Source: an uncultured Verrucomicrobiae bacterium
GTDB lineage: Bacteria; Verrucomicrobiota; Verrucomicrobiia; Opitutales; JABDGR01
Assembly (NCBI GenBank): GCA_963765205.1
Contig: CAVXVB010000007.1
Span: 356,901 to 420,900 of the forward strand
Length of the DNA stretch: 64,000 nucleotides
Direction of reading: 5' to 3'
Shown here: positions 22,584-34,402 of the stretch, piece by piece
Position numbering within the stretch: the first letter of the stretch is position 1
Layout: every line of letters starts with the position of its first letter
Program-made: the position numbers and the translations under genes
Notes under the pieces: generated by a model
Databases searched by the model: none
What the model was told of the DNA's origin: nothing
Seen by the model: only the letters and a program-made list of their open reading frames with translations

Positions 22584-23810
22584 ATGAAATCCGGAAAGCA
22601 AAATTCTCCATTGAGCCTCCTGTTGGCCGTCAATGGCGGATCCTCGAGCTTGAAATTTGCCTTGTTTAGCGATGGCCATCCACCCACGCGGCGAATGGCG
22701 GGCGAGATCGAGCGCATCGGCTTGCCCACAGCGCGGTTTTCGCACCGCGTGGGCGCGCACACGCCCAAGAAAACCCAATCGCTGGTCGCGCCGAACCATC
22801 GGGTGGCGGCGGATTTCTTGATCCGCTGGCTCCGCCGGCAGGTTGGCTTGGAAAAAATTACCGCAGTGGGGCATCGCATCGTTCACGGTGGCGCCCGGTT
22901 TACCGAGCCTGTGCTCGTCACGCCAAAGTTATTAAAGGAACTGCGCCGCTTGAGTCCTTTTGACCTCGAACACCTGCCGGCGGAACTGGCGTTGCTGGAA
23001 ACTTTCCACCGGCAGTGGCCCGCGGTGCCGCAAGTGGCGTGTTTTGACACGGCCTTCCATCACGATCTGCCCCGGGTGGCCCAAATGCTCCCGCTCCCGC
23101 GCCGCTTGGAGGCCAAGGGCGTGCGGCGCTACGGCTTTCATGGCCTTTCCTACGAATACCTGCTGGAAGAATTGACCCGGTTGGCCGGTTCCCGGGTCGC
23201 GCAGGGCCGGTTGGTGCTGGCGCACTTGGGCAATGGCGCGAGCATGGCGGCGGTGCAGGGCGGTAAATGCCAGGACACCAGCATGGCCTTCACGCCGGCG
23301 GCCGGCCTGCCCATGAGCACCCGCTCGGGAGATTTGGATCCCGGCCTGGTTTGGTTTCTGGCGCGAACCGAAAAAATGACGCCCCGGCAGTTTAACGATA
23401 TGGTCACCAAGGAATCCGGCCTGCTCGGCCTTTCCGAAACCAGTTCCGACATGCGCGACCTGCTCGTGCGCGAGGCCGCCGACCCGCGGGCTGCGGAGGC
23501 CGTCGCGCTGTTCTGTTACCAGGCCCGGAAATGGATTGGCGCCTACGCCGCCGCGCTCGGAGGGCTGGACACGCTCGTGTTCGCCGGCGGTATTGGAGAA
23601 AACGCCCCGGCCATCCGTGAACGAATTTGCGCGCGCCTGGATTTCCTGGGCATCGTCCTGGACCGGCCCAAAAACAATAAAAACAGCGGCATCATTTCCG
23701 CCCGCGCCAGCCGGGTCACCGTTCGCATCATCCCCACGGATGAAGAGGTGGTAATCGCCCGCGCAACTCGTGCTATATTGGAACAGTCGTCCCAACCTCC
23801 CTCGCCATGA
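22584..23810 (+). CDS. ackA: Acetate/propionate kinase
   Basis: [44 protein letters not shown]. Confidence 0.95.
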   Translation: MKSGKQNSPLSLLLAVNGGSSSLKFALFSDGHPPTRRMAGEIERIGLPTARFSHRVGAHTPKKTQSLVAPNHRVAADFLIRWLRRQVGLEKITAVGHRIVHGGARFTEPVLVTPKLLKELRRLSPFDLEHLPAELALLETFHRQWPAVPQVACFDTAFHHDLPRVAQMLPLPRRLEAKGVRRYGFHGLSYEYLLEELTRLAGSRVAQGRLVLAHLGNGASMAAVQGGKCQDTSMAFTPAAGLPMSTRSGDLDPGLVWFLARTEKMTPRQFNDMVTKESGLLGLSETSSDMRDLLVREAADPRAAEAVALFCYQARKWIGAYAAALGGLDTLVFAGGIGENAPAIRERICARLDFLGIVLDRPKNNKNSGIISARASRVTVRIIPTDEEVVIARATRAILEQSSQPPSP

Positions 23811-26194
23811 ATAATCCCCTGACCGAAAACGAACTGAAGCGCCTGGATGCCTATTGGCGCGCGGCCAACTACCTCGCAGTCGGGCAGATTTATCTTTATG
23901 ATAATCCGCTGCTCAAGCGCCCGCTGGCGCTCGCGGACGTGAAGCACATGCTGCTCGGGCACTGGGGCACGACCCCTGGACAGAACTTTATATACGCGCA
24001 CCTGAACCGGGTGATCAAGAAATATGACCTCGACATGATTTATGTTTCCGGCCCCGGCCACGGCGGCCCGGCTGTCGTGGGCAACACCTACCTCGAAGGC
24101 ACTTACAGCGAGATCTACCCCAACATCAGCCAGGATGAAGCCGGGCTGCGGAAGTTGTTTTTGCAGTTTTCATTTCCCGGCGGGATTCCCAGTCATGCTT
24201 CGCCGGAGACGCCCGGCTCAATCCATGAGGGCGGCGAGCTGGGTTATTCGCTCAGCCATTCGTTCGGCGCGGTGTTTGACAATCCTGATCTCATCGTCGC
24301 CTGCGTCGTCGGCGATGGCGAGGCGGAAACCGGGCCGCTGGCCACCGCGTGGCATTCCAACAAGTTTCTCAATCCGGCCACCGATGGCGCGGTGCTGCCC
24401 ATCCTGCATCTCAACGGCTACAAAATTTCCAACCCGACCATTCTCGCCCGCATCACGCGCGTGGAATTGGAACAGTTGCTCTGCGGCTATGGGTGGACGC
24501 CCTATTTTGTCGAGGGCCATGAGCCCGGGCCGATGCACGCGGCCATGGCCGCCACGCTCGATATCGCCGTCGAGCAGATCAAAAAAATACAGCAGGACGC
24601 CCGCGGCCACGGCAACCTCACGCGCCCGCGCTGGCCGATGATCGTCCTCAATTCGCCCAAGGGCTGGACGGGGCCGAAGATGGTTGATGGACTCCAAGTT
24701 GAAGGCACCTTTCGTTCGCACCAGGTGCCGCTCTCCGACCCGGCGGCGCATCCCGAACACCTCAAGCTCTTGGAAGACTGGCTGCGGAGCTACCGGCCGG
24801 AAGAACTTTTCGACGAACAGGGCCGACTGAAACCGGAACTGGCCGAACTGGCGCCCAAGGGCGAACGGCGCATGGGTGCGAATCCCCATGCCAACGGCGG
24901 CATCCTGCTGCGCGACCTGCGAATGCCGGATTTTTGCGACTACGCCGCGGACGTGCCGGCGCCGGGCGTGCCCGGCATTGGCGACACCCATGTGCTCGGG
25001 GCTTTCCTGCGCGATGTGGCGAAGCTCAACCACGAGCAGCGCAATTTCCGCGTCTTTGGTCCGGACGAGACGCTCTCCAACGGCCTCGAGAAAATTTTTG
25101 ATGTGACCCAGCGCCAATGGGACGCCGCGACCGTGCCCAACGACGAATTTCTGGCCCCCGCCGGCCGCGTGATGGAAATGCTCAGCGAGCACCAATGCGA
25201 AGGCTGGCTCGAAGGCTACCTGTTGACCGGGCGGCATGGGCTGTTTAATTGCTACGAGGCGTTCATCCACATCGTGGATTCGATGTTCAACCAGCACGCC
25301 AAGTGGCTGAAGGTCACCTCGCATCTGCCGTGGCGGCGGAAAATCGCCTCGCTGAATTACCTGCTGGCCTCGCACGTCTGGCGGCAGGATCACAACGGCT
25401 TCACGCACCAGGACCCCGGCTTCATTGACCATGTTGTGAACAAGAAGGCCGAGGTCGTGCGCGTTTATTTGCCGCCCGACGCGAACTGCCTGCTGTCCGT
25501 GATGGACCACTGCCTGCGCAGCCGCCATTACGTCAACGTCGTCATCGCGGGTAAACATCCCGCGCCGCAATGGCTGGCGATGGACGCCGCCATCGAACAT
25601 TGCACGCAGGGCATCGGCATCTGGCCGTGGGCGAGCAACGACGACGGCGCCGCGCCCGACGTCGTCATGGCCTGCTGTGGCGACGTGCCCACGCTCGAGA
25701 CGCTCGCCGCCGCCTCCATTTTGCGCGAGCATTTGCCCGTCCTGAAAGTCCGCGTGGTCAATGTGGTGGACCTGATGAAGCTCCAGCCGCAACTCGAGCA
25801 CCCGCACGGGTTGAGCGACATGGATTTCGACGAGCTGTTCACCAAGGACAAGCCGGTCATCTTCGCCTTTCATGCCTACCCGTGGCTCATCCACCGGCTG
25901 ACGTACCGCCGCACCAACCATGATAACATCCACGTCCGCGGCTACAAGGAAGAGGGCACCATTACCACGCCCTTCGACATGACCGTGCTGAACGAACTCG
26001 ACCGCTTCCACCTTGTGATGGATGCGATTGACCGCCTGCCGCAGACCGGCGAACCGGGCCTCTATTTGAAGCGTCAGCTCAAAGCCAAGTTGATTGAACA
26101 CAAGCTCTACATTGACAAAAACGGCCAGGACCTGCCGGAGATTCGGAACTGGAAATGGCCCGGAACCATCCCGCAAAGAACCGAAGCAAAATGA
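23807..26194 (+). CDS. xfp: Phosphoketolase (XFP family)
   Basis: [49 protein letters not shown] overlap with ackA. Confidence 0.96.
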   Translation: MNNPLTENELKRLDAYWRAANYLAVGQIYLYDNPLLKRPLALADVKHMLLGHWGTTPGQNFIYAHLNRVIKKYDLDMIYVSGPGHGGPAVVGNTYLEGTYSEIYPNISQDEAGLRKLFLQFSFPGGIPSHASPETPGSIHEGGELGYSLSHSFGAVFDNPDLIVACVVGDGEAETGPLATAWHSNKFLNPATDGAVLPILHLNGYKISNPTILARITRVELEQLLCGYGWTPYFVEGHEPGPMHAAMAATLDIAVEQIKKIQQDARGHGNLTRPRWPMIVLNSPKGWTGPKMVDGLQVEGTFRSHQVPLSDPAAHPEHLKLLEDWLRSYRPEELFDEQGRLKPELAELAPKGERRMGANPHANGGILLRDLRMPDFCDYAADVPAPGVPGIGDTHVLGAFLRDVAKLNHEQRNFRVFGPDETLSNGLEKIFDVTQRQWDAATVPNDEFLAPAGRVMEMLSEHQCEGWLEGYLLTGRHGLFNCYEAFIHIVDSMFNQHAKWLKVTSHLPWRRKIASLNYLLASHVWRQDHNGFTHQDPGFIDHVVNKKAEVVRVYLPPDANCLLSVMDHCLRSRHYVNVVIAGKHPAPQWLAMDAAIEHCTQGIGIWPWASNDDGAAPDVVMACCGDVPTLETLAAASILREHLPVLKVRVVNVVDLMKLQPQLEHPHGLSDMDFDELFTKDKPVIFAFHAYPWLIHRLTYRRTNHDNIHVRGYKEEGTITTPFDMTVLNELDRFHLVMDAIDRLPQTGEPGLYLKRQLKAKLIEHKLYIDKNGQDLPEIRNWKWPGTIPQRTEAK

Positions 26195-26262
26195 ACCCGA
26201 CCCCCTGAATTTCAGGGTTGGATTGGAACGCGGATTTGTTTAAGTTCACAAAAAAGCCGCTT

Positions 26263-26607
26263 ATGGAACTAAAAATCATCCGGTCGGACGACCACGTCAC
26301 CCACGTCGTGCTGGCGGGCAAGCTCGACCTCGCGGGCGTGCAGCAGATCGAAATGAAATTCACCGCCGTGGTCGCCTCGCGCGGCAAGCCCGCCGTCGTG
26401 GATTTGTCCGAGACCACCTATCTCGCCTCGCTCGGCTTGCGCATCCTGCTGTCCACGGCGCGCGCGCTGGCCGGCCGCGGCGCGAAGCTGGTGTTGCTCA
26501 ATCCGACCGAGCCGGTTTTGCAAGTGCTTCAGTTGGGAAAACTTGAAGCCATCATGCCGGTGGAGACCGACCTCGCGCACGCGCTGGCCACGGCGGGCGT
26601 GAAGTAA
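26263..26607 (+). CDS. STAS-domain anti-sigma factor antagonist
   Basis: LAGKLD...VVDLSETTYLASLGLRILL. Confidence 0.88.
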   Translation: MELKIIRSDDHVTHVVLAGKLDLAGVQQIEMKFTAVVASRGKPAVVDLSETTYLASLGLRILLSTARALAGRGAKLVLLNPTEPVLQVLQLGKLEAIMPVETDLAHALATAGVK

Positions 26608-26709
26608 TCGGGCAAAATAATATGGCAGCGGGCGGCGGCCTTTCACCTCCCGCTTTCACCCACCAATTCTTTCTTCGCCTTTCCGGTTTTCTTGTGTTAG
26701 CAAGCCGCC

Positions 26710-27054
26710 ATGCCGGACAAGACCATCTTCCAGCGCCTTATCGAGCGCGAAATCCCCAGTAGCGCCGTTTACGAGGATGACGTGTGCTACGCATTCCGCG
26801 ACATTAACCCGCAGGCGCCCACGCACATCCTCCTCATTCCGAAAAAACCCATTGCGCGCCTCAACGAGGCCAGCCCCGCCGACCAGTCGCTGCTGGGCCA
26901 TTTGTTGCTGACGGCGGCGCGCATCGCCCGCGATCTCAACCTGGGCCGCGGCTACCGCGTCGTCATCAACAGCGGCGCCGACGGCGGCGAGACCGTGCCG
27001 CATTTGCATCTGCATCTCCTCGCGGGCCGCTCGCTGCGCTGGCCGCCGGGATAG
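26710..27054 (+). CDS. hinT: Histidine triad (HIT) nucleotide-binding protein
   Basis: FRDINPQAPTHILLIPK, VPHLHLHLLAGR...WPPG. Confidence 0.92.
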   Translation: MPDKTIFQRLIEREIPSSAVYEDDVCYAFRDINPQAPTHILLIPKKPIARLNEASPADQSLLGHLLLTAARIARDLNLGRGYRVVINSGADGGETVPHLHLHLLAGRSLRWPPG

Positions 27055-27063
27055 AGAAATTTT

Positions 27064-27136
27064 AACCATGGAGAGCACAGAGGACACGGAGAGTTTGTAA
27101 AAAGTCCTCTCCGTGTTCTCCGTGTCCTCCGTGGTT
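27064..27136. repeat. Inverted nonamer-repeat hairpin between convergent genes
   Basis: aaccatggagagcacagaggacacggagag ... ctctccgtgttctccgtgtcctccgtggtt. Confidence 0.8.
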
Positions 27137-27144
27137 CAATTTTT

Positions 27145-28278
27145 TTATCGCGCTTCGAAGCGGCCATCCGCGCGTTTCACCACGAGGCGTTTTAATTCGA
27201 GCAGCAAGAGTGACGCCGCCACGCGCGCGCTGGGCAGTTCGGCCTTGATCGCCAGTTCGTCGATGTGCAAGGGCTGGCCGCCGGTGAGCAGGGCGAAGAT
27301 GCGCCGCGCGTCTTCGCCGAGCGCGGCCAAAATTTCCGCGCTGGCGGGAGTGGCCAGCGGCAGGGCCTGGTCCATTTGGATGTCCAACTGGCCGGTGAAT
27401 TTCCACTCCACCAGAATGTCCTCGAGGCCGGTGAGCAACTTCGCCTCGCCCTCGCGGATGAGTTTGTGGCAGCCGCGCGCGGAAGCCTGGTCAATGCGCC
27501 CCGGCACGGCGAAAACCTCGCGCCCGTAATCCACCGCCTGCCGCGCGGTGATCATGCTGCCGCCGTTCACGTCGGATTCGACGACGATGACCGCGCGGCC
27601 CATCCCGGCGATGAGCCGGTTGCGCATCGGAAACGTCTGCTTGTCCGCCCCGCGCCCGAGCGGGAATTCGCTGAAGACCGCGCCCTGCGCCGCGATGCGC
27701 CGGTAAAGATCGAGATGCTCCGGCGGATACACCATGTCCACGCCGCAGCCGAGCACCACCGCCGTTTTGCCGCCGGCTTCGAGCGCGCCCTCGTGCGCCG
27801 CGAGGTCAATGCCCCGCGCGCCGCCGCTGACGACCCAGAAGCCCAGTCGTGCCAAATCGCCGGCCAGGCGTTTCGCCACCGCAAGGCCGTAGAGCGTCGC
27901 GCGGCGGCTGCCGACGATGGACGCCGCGCGATCCGCGCCCGCGTAGTCGCCCAGGCAATACAAGCCCGCGGGTGGGTCGGGAATATCGCGTAATAGCGCG
28001 GGGTAACCGGGGTCTTCAGCCGTCACAAATTTTCCACCGAGTTTGGTCAACGCGGCTTCCTCCTCCGCCAAATCGAAATGGCTGCGCCAGCCCGTGATGG
28101 TTTCGGCGATGACCGGGCCGACGCGCTCGATGCGTTTCAATTCACTCGCGGACGCCGCCAACGCGCGCGCCGGGTCGCCGTCGAACGCCGCCAGCAGCCG
28201 GCGCGTGGTGATCGGGCCGATGTTGGGCAGGGCGTTGAGCACCATCAACGCCTGGCGGGGAGTGAGCGCGTCGTCCAT
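27145..28278 (-). CDS. dprA: DNA-processing protein DprA
   Basis: IVGSRRAT.YG, VSGGARGID, FPMRNRLIAG, GSMITA, C-terminal winged helix. Confidence 0.95.
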   Translation of the reverse strand: MDDALTPRQALMVLNALPNIGPITTRRLLAAFDGDPARALAASASELKRIERVGPVIAETITGWRSHFDLAEEEAALTKLGGKFVTAEDPGYPALLRDIPDPPAGLYCLGDYAGADRAASIVGSRRATLYGLAVAKRLAGDLARLGFWVVSGGARGIDLAAHEGALEAGGKTAVVLGCGVDMVYPPEHLDLYRRIAAQGAVFSEFPLGRGADKQTFPMRNRLIAGMGRAVIVVESDVNGGSMITARQAVDYGREVFAVPGRIDQASARGCHKLIREGEAKLLTGLEDILVEWKFTGQLDIQMDQALPLATPASAEILAALGEDARRIFALLTGGQPLHIDELAIKAELPSARVAASLLLLELKRLVVKRADGRFEAR

Positions 28279-28378
28279 GGTAGGGCATTTTCCGATTAGG
28301 TGGTCGTTAGTGCGTTAAGGCTCCGTCGTTTCGCGTGTTAACGAAACTTACACGGCTATCAAAACCGAAAATAGGCCA

Positions 28379-28608
28379 ACATTCAACTTTTAACGTTCAA
28401 CGCTTAAGTTAGGATACAATCAAGATTTTCCACTCATGATGAAAAACAAGCGGTCGGTGAGACGCCGACCGCAGCGACCGGGACGGTCGCGCGCCCCGGG
28501 ACGGAAGAAGCGCGCCCAATCCGATTGAGCGCTCTCTTACGATATGGTCTAAATTCATTGGAGAAGCGGAATCAGACATTAAACGTTAAGCGTTGAACGT
28601 TGAGCGTT
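28379..28608. repeat. Inverted (AACGTTC)n heptamer element enclosing a double-hairpin REP (28450-28490)
   Basis: aacattcaacttttaacgttcaacgctt ... aacgttaagcgttgaacgttgagcgtt; inner gcggtcgg-tgagacg-ccgaccgc and gcgacc-gggac-ggtcgc. Confidence 0.75.
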
Positions 28609-28636
28609 TTTACAACGGCCTCAGCCGAAGGCTGTT

Positions 28637-30203
28637 CTACGGCCCCCATTCGTCGCGCAAGGCCTCGGGCATGAAGGCGGCCAGTTCGGCGGTGAAGGCC
28701 GCCGTGTCGCCGCGCGCGCGGGCCAGCGCGTCCGCCGCGAGGCCATGCCAGACGAGGCCGCGCGCCGCCGCCAGCATGGGGTCGCCCGGGCGTTTCGCCA
28801 CCAGTCCGGCGATGATGCCCGCGAGCACGTCGCCGCTGCCGCCGCGCGCGAGCACCGGGCCGCCGAGCGTCGAGCACCAGGTGCGCGTGCCGTCGCAAAT
28901 GCGCGTGACCGGGCCTTTCAGCACGGTGAAGACTTTGAATTTGCGGCAAAATTCCGCCAAGTCCGCTCCCTCGCCCGCGAGGCGCACGAATTCGCCGTGG
29001 TGCGGAGTGAGGATCACCGGCCCAAACGCTTCCGACCGCTCGAACATCGCCTGGATGACTCTCGGCATCAGGGCATCGGCGTCGAGCACCAGCGGCAGCG
29101 GGCAGGTTTTGACGAACAGGGGCAGCATCTGTTGCGTGACGTGGCCGCGGCCGAGGCCCGAACCGGCCAGCACGGCCGAGGCGCGCGGCACCAACTCGCG
29201 CACCGCGCCAAAGGTGGCCCCGCCGTGGCCGCCATCCATCTCCTCGGGGCAGGCGCGCCACATCGCCTCCGGCGCGCGCGGCGGCAAAGGCGGCGGCGTG
29301 GCTGTGCGGCGTCAGCGCCGTGACCAGCCCCACGCCCGTGCGCAACGCGCCCAGCACGTTCAACATCTGCGCACCGGGAAACATCCGCGAGCCGGCTACC
29401 ACGAGTAAATGCCCATACGCGCGCTTGTCGCCGTCGGCCGCGCGCAAGCGCCCCACGGAGCGGAGAATCTCCGGGAGCAAAAGATCGTCCGCGAACGCGC
29501 GCGGGCCGTCGTAATCCTGTTCGAAAAATCCGAGGTCCAGGTAACGGATGCGCCCCGTCCACTTCGCGTTGGCCTTCTCGAAGAGCGGCCGTTTGGCGAT
29601 GCCGGCGGCGTAGGTGAAGTCGGCGCGAAACGCCAGGTCGCCCGCTTCGTCGCCGATGCCGCTGGGCAAATCCACCGCCGCGCGGAAGCCCGCCGCATTG
29701 GGCGTGTCATTGACCGCGGCGATGAGTGCGCGCGCGGCCTCCGGCAGCGGCGGGCGGAAACCCATGCCGTAAAGGCCGGCGAGCAGAAAGTCCCACGTCT
29801 CGCCCGCGGCGAGGCGCGGGTGGAATTGTTCCGGGGTGATTAGCTCGACGCCGGGCATCGCGGCCAATTCGTCCCAGGCGCGTTTGGTGAGCGGCTTTGA
29901 TTTCTCCAGCGGTTCGAGCAACACGGCGGTGACGCGCCCGCGCGGCCGGGCGCGCAGCAGCTCGCGCGCGGCGAGCAGGGCGTCGCCGCCGTTGTGGCCC
30001 GCGCCGGCCAGCACGAGCACGCGCGGGTCGCGCGGCAGCGGCCGCCATTGGACAAAGTCGCGCAACGCCGCCGCACCCAAGGCCGCGCCCGCGCGCTGCA
30101 TCGCGCCCCAGGCCTTTTCGGGGTCGTCGCCCAGGACGCGCGTTTCCCACGCGCGCGCCTCGGCGCAGGTCAGGATGGGGTGGGCGGTGCGGGGAGGGGA
30201 CAT
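28637..30203 (-). CDS. nnr: Bifunctional NAD(P)HX epimerase/dehydratase, frameshift near 29280
   Basis: GAGHNGGDA, AVDLPSG, DKRAYGH, then VLDADAL, TPHHGEF, VLKG, LARGGSGDVLAG in the second frame. Confidence 0.9.
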
Positions 30204-30330
30204 GGGGGAATTTTCAAATTACGAATGATGAAACAAGGAAATTACCCCACGGGCAAAACAATTGCGCGGCAGAAAGGTAGGCGAACTTTTCGGGGTTGCC
30301 GGGGTGTCGAACCGGGGTTTAAGCAATGGC

Positions 30331-30732
30331 ATGGTTGATGTGTTCACTAAGAAAAAACGCTCTGAAATTATGTCGCGGATCCGAAGTCGCGGCAACAAAA
30401 CAACCGAGGTGGCTTTAACAAGGCTGCTTCGCAGGCATCGGATTACGGGCTGGCGACGGGGCATCCGCATTTTTGGCAATCCGGATTTTGTTTTTCTCAA
30501 AGCCAAAATCGCCATTTTTGTGGATGGATGCTTTTGGCATGGACACCCTCAAAAATGCAAAATGCCGGCAACAAACCGACCCTTTTGGACTAAAAAGATC
30601 GCTCGGAACAAGGCTCGGGACAAGCTGGTCACCCGGATATTGCGAAAAAAGGGTTGGAAAGTTCTGAGCATTTGGGAACACTGCGCGGGTAAGGCATCTA
30701 CTATCACTCGAATTCGCAAAGCCCTGTGTTAA
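30331..30732 (+). CDS. vsr: Very-short-patch repair endonuclease
   Basis: DVFTKKKRSEIMSRIRS..T..E, PDF, FVDGCFWHG, IWEH. Confidence 0.93.
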   Translation: MVDVFTKKKRSEIMSRIRSRGNKTTEVALTRLLRRHRITGWRRGIRIFGNPDFVFLKAKIAIFVDGCFWHGHPQKCKMPATNRPFWTKKIARNKARDKLVTRILRKKGWKVLSIWEHCAGKASTITRIRKALC

Positions 30733-30733
30733 A

Positions 30734-31100
30734 ATGAAAAACGACAAAAACGTGGCAGAGTTTTTCGCCGGCATCGGCTTAATGCGGCTGGGCCTGGAGC
30801 AGGCAGGCTGGCGGGTGGTCTGGGCCAATGACATAGACAAAAGATAAGGTTCGCATGTATCAAGGCCATTTTGGAGACGATGAGGCCCATTTCGAGGTTG
30901 GCGATGTTCACGCAATTGACCCGGCCACGATGCCCAATGTCGCTCTGGCTACAGCCTCCTTCCCGTGCAATGACCTATCCTTGGCCGGTTCACGCCAAGG
31001 GCTGGCCGGCCAGCATTCCAGCGCATTTTGGGGGTTTGTGGACACCATGAAGAGGATGGGCAACCGCCGGCCGCCGTTGGTACTGCTGGAATTTGCGTAG
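30734..31100 (+). pseudogene. dcm: C5 cytosine methyltransferase, frameshifted near 30840 and truncated at motif VI
   Basis: AEFFAGIG (motif I), SFPCNDLS (motif IV), LVLLE then a stop instead of ENV. Confidence 0.85.
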
Positions 31101-31120
31101 AAAATTAAACAATTAGAATT

Positions 31121-31900
31121 ATGAATGTAATGGAAAATACTCTAACCCATAGAGACAGACAAATTGTCTGCGGTCTCTTTTTGTCAAAGTATGGGCGGGA
31201 AGGGTTGAAGTTCTTGGGGTTCGAGAATTTTGCTGAGGCATACAACGCACTCGGATATGGTTTGGGCGCGAAGCCAATGTCTATCAAAAATTATCGAGAT
31301 GAATTTGATCCATATTTTCCTAACGAAAGAAAGGGCTGGCATGGGCGGCCCTTGCGGGATTTTTGCAAGGCGATTATGGATGCGTTTGCAGCCGCTACCT
31401 TGACTGATCTAGGCAGCCTTATTAAAAGATTTGTTGCACCAGAGACTGGCTTAGAGCAGATGGCAGAAGTGCAGAGAGTCATCAAGGCGCACGAGCCGGA
31501 CGCTGAATCAGCATTTGCCAAACGCTTAATTACAGGCAAGGCCGCAGAAGAGTATTTCTTGGCTCATTGGCCTGGCATGACTGAATTCGCTGGGATGTCG
31601 CTTTCAGACACAACAAGCTGGGGCTGTGGGTTCGACTTCAAAATGACTCATCCTGTGAACAATTCATACTCTGCGGTTGAGGTAAAAGGATTAAGAGCCA
31701 AAACCGGCCAAATTCAATTCACCGAGCTCGAATATGCAATGGCCGAAGCCTTGGTAAACAGGTTTTACCTGGTGCTCATTAGAAATTTTGTTGAAAAGCC
31801 CTTCCACAGTATTATCAGAAATCCATTGCATTCTGATTTGAATTTCAAACGAAAAGAGCGGAAGGAGGTTTTTGTGTCATGGTCAGCAAGCGTCAATTAA
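31121..31900 (+). CDS. DUF3883/NOV-C-type PD-(D/E)xK nuclease-domain protein
   Basis: TGKAAEEYF...GCGFDF...AVEVKG...FTELEY; low GC. Confidence 0.7.
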   Translation: MNVMENTLTHRDRQIVCGLFLSKYGREGLKFLGFENFAEAYNALGYGLGAKPMSIKNYRDEFDPYFPNERKGWHGRPLRDFCKAIMDAFAAATLTDLGSLIKRFVAPETGLEQMAEVQRVIKAHEPDAESAFAKRLITGKAAEEYFLAHWPGMTEFAGMSLSDTTSWGCGFDFKMTHPVNNSYSAVEVKGLRAKTGQIQFTELEYAMAEALVNRFYLVLIRNFVEKPFHSIIRNPLHSDLNFKRKERKEVFVSWSASVN

Positions 31901-32497
31901 AAACCGAAGCCTGCGTTTATTTCTTTTGCGTGAAAAGTCAGGAAGTAAAATTACAGATAGTAGGGGCATTAGATAATGCCTTGCGAAAATCTCGCTGCGG
32001 GAGACTAGTCGGTGCTGGAACCTCTCTCTGCGATGTCGGCACCTACACGGTTGAGCTTTTAGTGAAGGATCGATACCGCTGCCAGGATGCCGTGGCACAA
32101 TGCTGCGCGGGTTTGGAATTGGACGATTACGAGATGAGCTTTTACGATGATTAGCACGTATCCAGGTTTTTTGCGTTGCTTGACGAAAAGGGCCGAAGGG
32201 TTGGCAGTTCGAGTACACGGCGTTTATGCTTTTTATGATTACGATCTGGAACCAATTTATGTGGGACAGACGTTTGAAGGATTAAGGGCGCGAATTGGCA
32301 GACATCTCACAAATCAGCGCACAGATGCTGTTGCCATGAACGTGCTTGATCCGTTCGAGGTAGCCGAAATTGAAATCTGGCCCCTCGATGATGAAATGAA
32401 GAAGATACCGGCAACCGAAAAACTTGAATATCTGAACAGAGCCGAGTTTACCGTCTTTGAGAAAGTCCTTAGCGAATCAGCATTGGGCGCAGTACTA

Positions 32498-33523
32498 GAG
32501 CATTTTCGATTTAAATAGACGTATTGCTGAAAGCGGTGTATAATGGTGGAAAAGGAGGCCACCACCATGAAACCACTCTCGGAAGATTTGCGCCAGCGCA
32601 TCGTGCGGGCGCGCGAAGCCGGGGAAGGCACGGGCGAGGTCTGCCGCCGTTTTGGGGTCAGCCGCAGCAGCGCCGAACGCTTCTGGAACCAATACCGCCG
32701 CCGGGGCCACTGCCGGCCGAAACAAATCGGCGGCTGCCGCCGCTCCCGGCTGGCGGAGCATGAGCGCAAGGTGCGGGCGTGGATCGCGGCGCAGCCCGAC
32801 CTGACGCTGGCGCAACTGCAAACGCGCTGCCGCGAGCAACTCGGCGTGCGGCTGGGCCTCAACGCGCTGTGGCACCGGCTGGAGCGGCTGGGCTTGAGCT
32901 ATAAAAAAAACGACGCGCGCCGCCGAGCAAGATCGAACCCGACGTTAAAGCGGCCCGGCACCAGTGGCGCCAGGATCAGCCCAGCTGGGACAGCCGACGG
33001 TTGGTCTTCATCGACGAGACCGGCTTGAACACCAAGATGGCGCGGCTGTATGGGCGGGCCCCGCGCAGCCAGCGTTGCCTCGGGCGCGTGCCCCACGGGC
33101 ACTGGCACACTTCCACCTTTATCGCCGCGTTGCGCGTGGACGCCGTGACTGCGCCTTTTCTGATCGAAGGCGCAGTGGACACCGACGTGTTCACCGCCTA
33201 CCTCCAACAAGTGCTCGGCCCGGAATTGCGGGAGGGCGACACCGTGATCCTCGACAACCTCGCCACCCACAAAACGGCCAGCGTCGCCGCGGTGCTGGCC
33301 GCCCGCGGCGCCCGCGTGCGCTATCTGCCGCCGTATAGCCCCGATCTCAACCCCATCGAACAGGCCTTCGCCAAACTCAAAGCCCATCTTCGGCAAGCCG
33401 CCGCACGAACCCTCACGGACCTCCAAACCGCTTTGGTTCCAGCCCTCGCCTCCTTCACCTCCACCCATTGCCAAGGCTTCTTTGGTCATGCCCAATATGC
33501 GTCTATCTAAATCGAAAATGCTC
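32498..33523 (+). mobile_element. IS630-family insertion sequence
   Basis: TIRs GAGCATTTTCGATTTAAATAGACG / CGTCTATCTAAATCGAAAATGCTC; TA duplication at 32496-7 and 33524-5. Confidence 0.95.
32567..33510 (+). CDS. IS630 transposase (orfA/orfB, A8 slippery site near 32903, extra indel near 32937)
   Basis: LSEDLRQRIV HTH, SYKK, FIDETG, DNLATHK, YLPPYSPDLNPIE. Confidence 0.9.
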
Positions 33524-33831
33524 TAAACGAGAAATCCATTGCGCCCAGGGAACAGATCAAATTGCCAAAATCATATCGCCAACGAATCATCCCGGATGAA
33601 ATTTACCGGCAAAGGAAGCATCCGGATGTTCGACTTGCTCGGAGGGCCGGCACAATCGCGGCACTGGCACGGGTCATAAGTGAACGGGACGTTTCAAAGG
33701 GACTTCGCCGCACTTTGCTTACGCAAGCTCGACGCCTTGAAAGGTTGGCATCTCAACGAGTTCAGGAGTTGGGCATCACGAAGGATTACAAAAAGAACCA
33801 GCAAGAGGATTGATGGGGTTGGGTTTAAAAA

Positions 33832-34242
33832 TCACCGCACGAGCAAAACAACGGCGTGGCCGAAGGTGGCGGTGTGGCTGAGCGAGACGAGCAGGCCGGT
33901 GGCGTCGCGCGCGGCGAGGAGTTTTTGGCCGGTGTCGTCCAGCACGGCGAGGGGCGCGCCGTGTTCGTTGTGGGCGACGGAAAAGGTCTTCCAGCCGAAC
34001 CCGCGCGCGATGCCGGTGCCGAAGGCCTTCGACGCCGCCTCCTTGGCCGCGAACCGCGCGGCGAGAAACGGGTGCGGGTCGCGGTGCCGGCGGCAGTAGG
34101 CGATTTCCTCGTCGGTATAGAGCCGGTGCAAAAATTTGTCGCCATGGCGTTCGAGCGCGGCGCGGATGCGCGCGACCTCGACCAGGTCCGTGCCCACGCC
34201 GAGCACGAGGCGGCCGAGGAAGAATTCGGGGGGGGTGGGCAT
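33832..34242 (-). CDS. acpS: Holo-ACP synthase
   Basis: GVGTDLVEVARI, AARFAAKEAASKAFGTG, VSLSH. Confidence 0.95.
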   Translation of the reverse strand: MPTPPEFFLGRLVLGVGTDLVEVARIRAALERHGDKFLHRLYTDEEIAYCRRHRDPHPFLAARFAAKEAASKAFGTGIARGFGWKTFSVAHNEHGAPLAVLDDTGQKLLAARDATGLLVSLSHTATFGHAVVLLVR

Positions 34243-34255
34243 GGGGGAGGGAAGA

Positions 34256-34320
34256 AGAATGGAAGATGGAAAATGGAAGATGGAAAAACCGGAAAAATCA
34301 AAAGGACGGAAAATGGAAAA
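34256..34320. repeat. (AAGATGG)n heptamer tract upstream of acpS
   Basis: agaatggaagatggaaaatggaagatggaaaaa. Confidence 0.7.
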
Positions 34321-34402
34321 AAACGGCGAGGGTTTTCGGCCATGAATGGACGCAAACTTTTCAAAACTTTGTTTTCGCAGTTATGGCGCGAAGGGGAGTT
34401 TT

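Larger units (their letters stand above)
32210..33813 (+). pseudogene. GIY-YIG endonuclease, 5'-truncated and interrupted by IS630
   Basis: GVYAFYDYDLEPIYVGQT..LRARIGRH; removing the IS rejoins GAVL|NEKSIAP...HPDVRLARRA in frame. Confidence 0.8.

Noticed and set aside
31879..32154. 91-aa ORF in the restriction island
   Set aside because: No convincing start or family; probably a gene fragment
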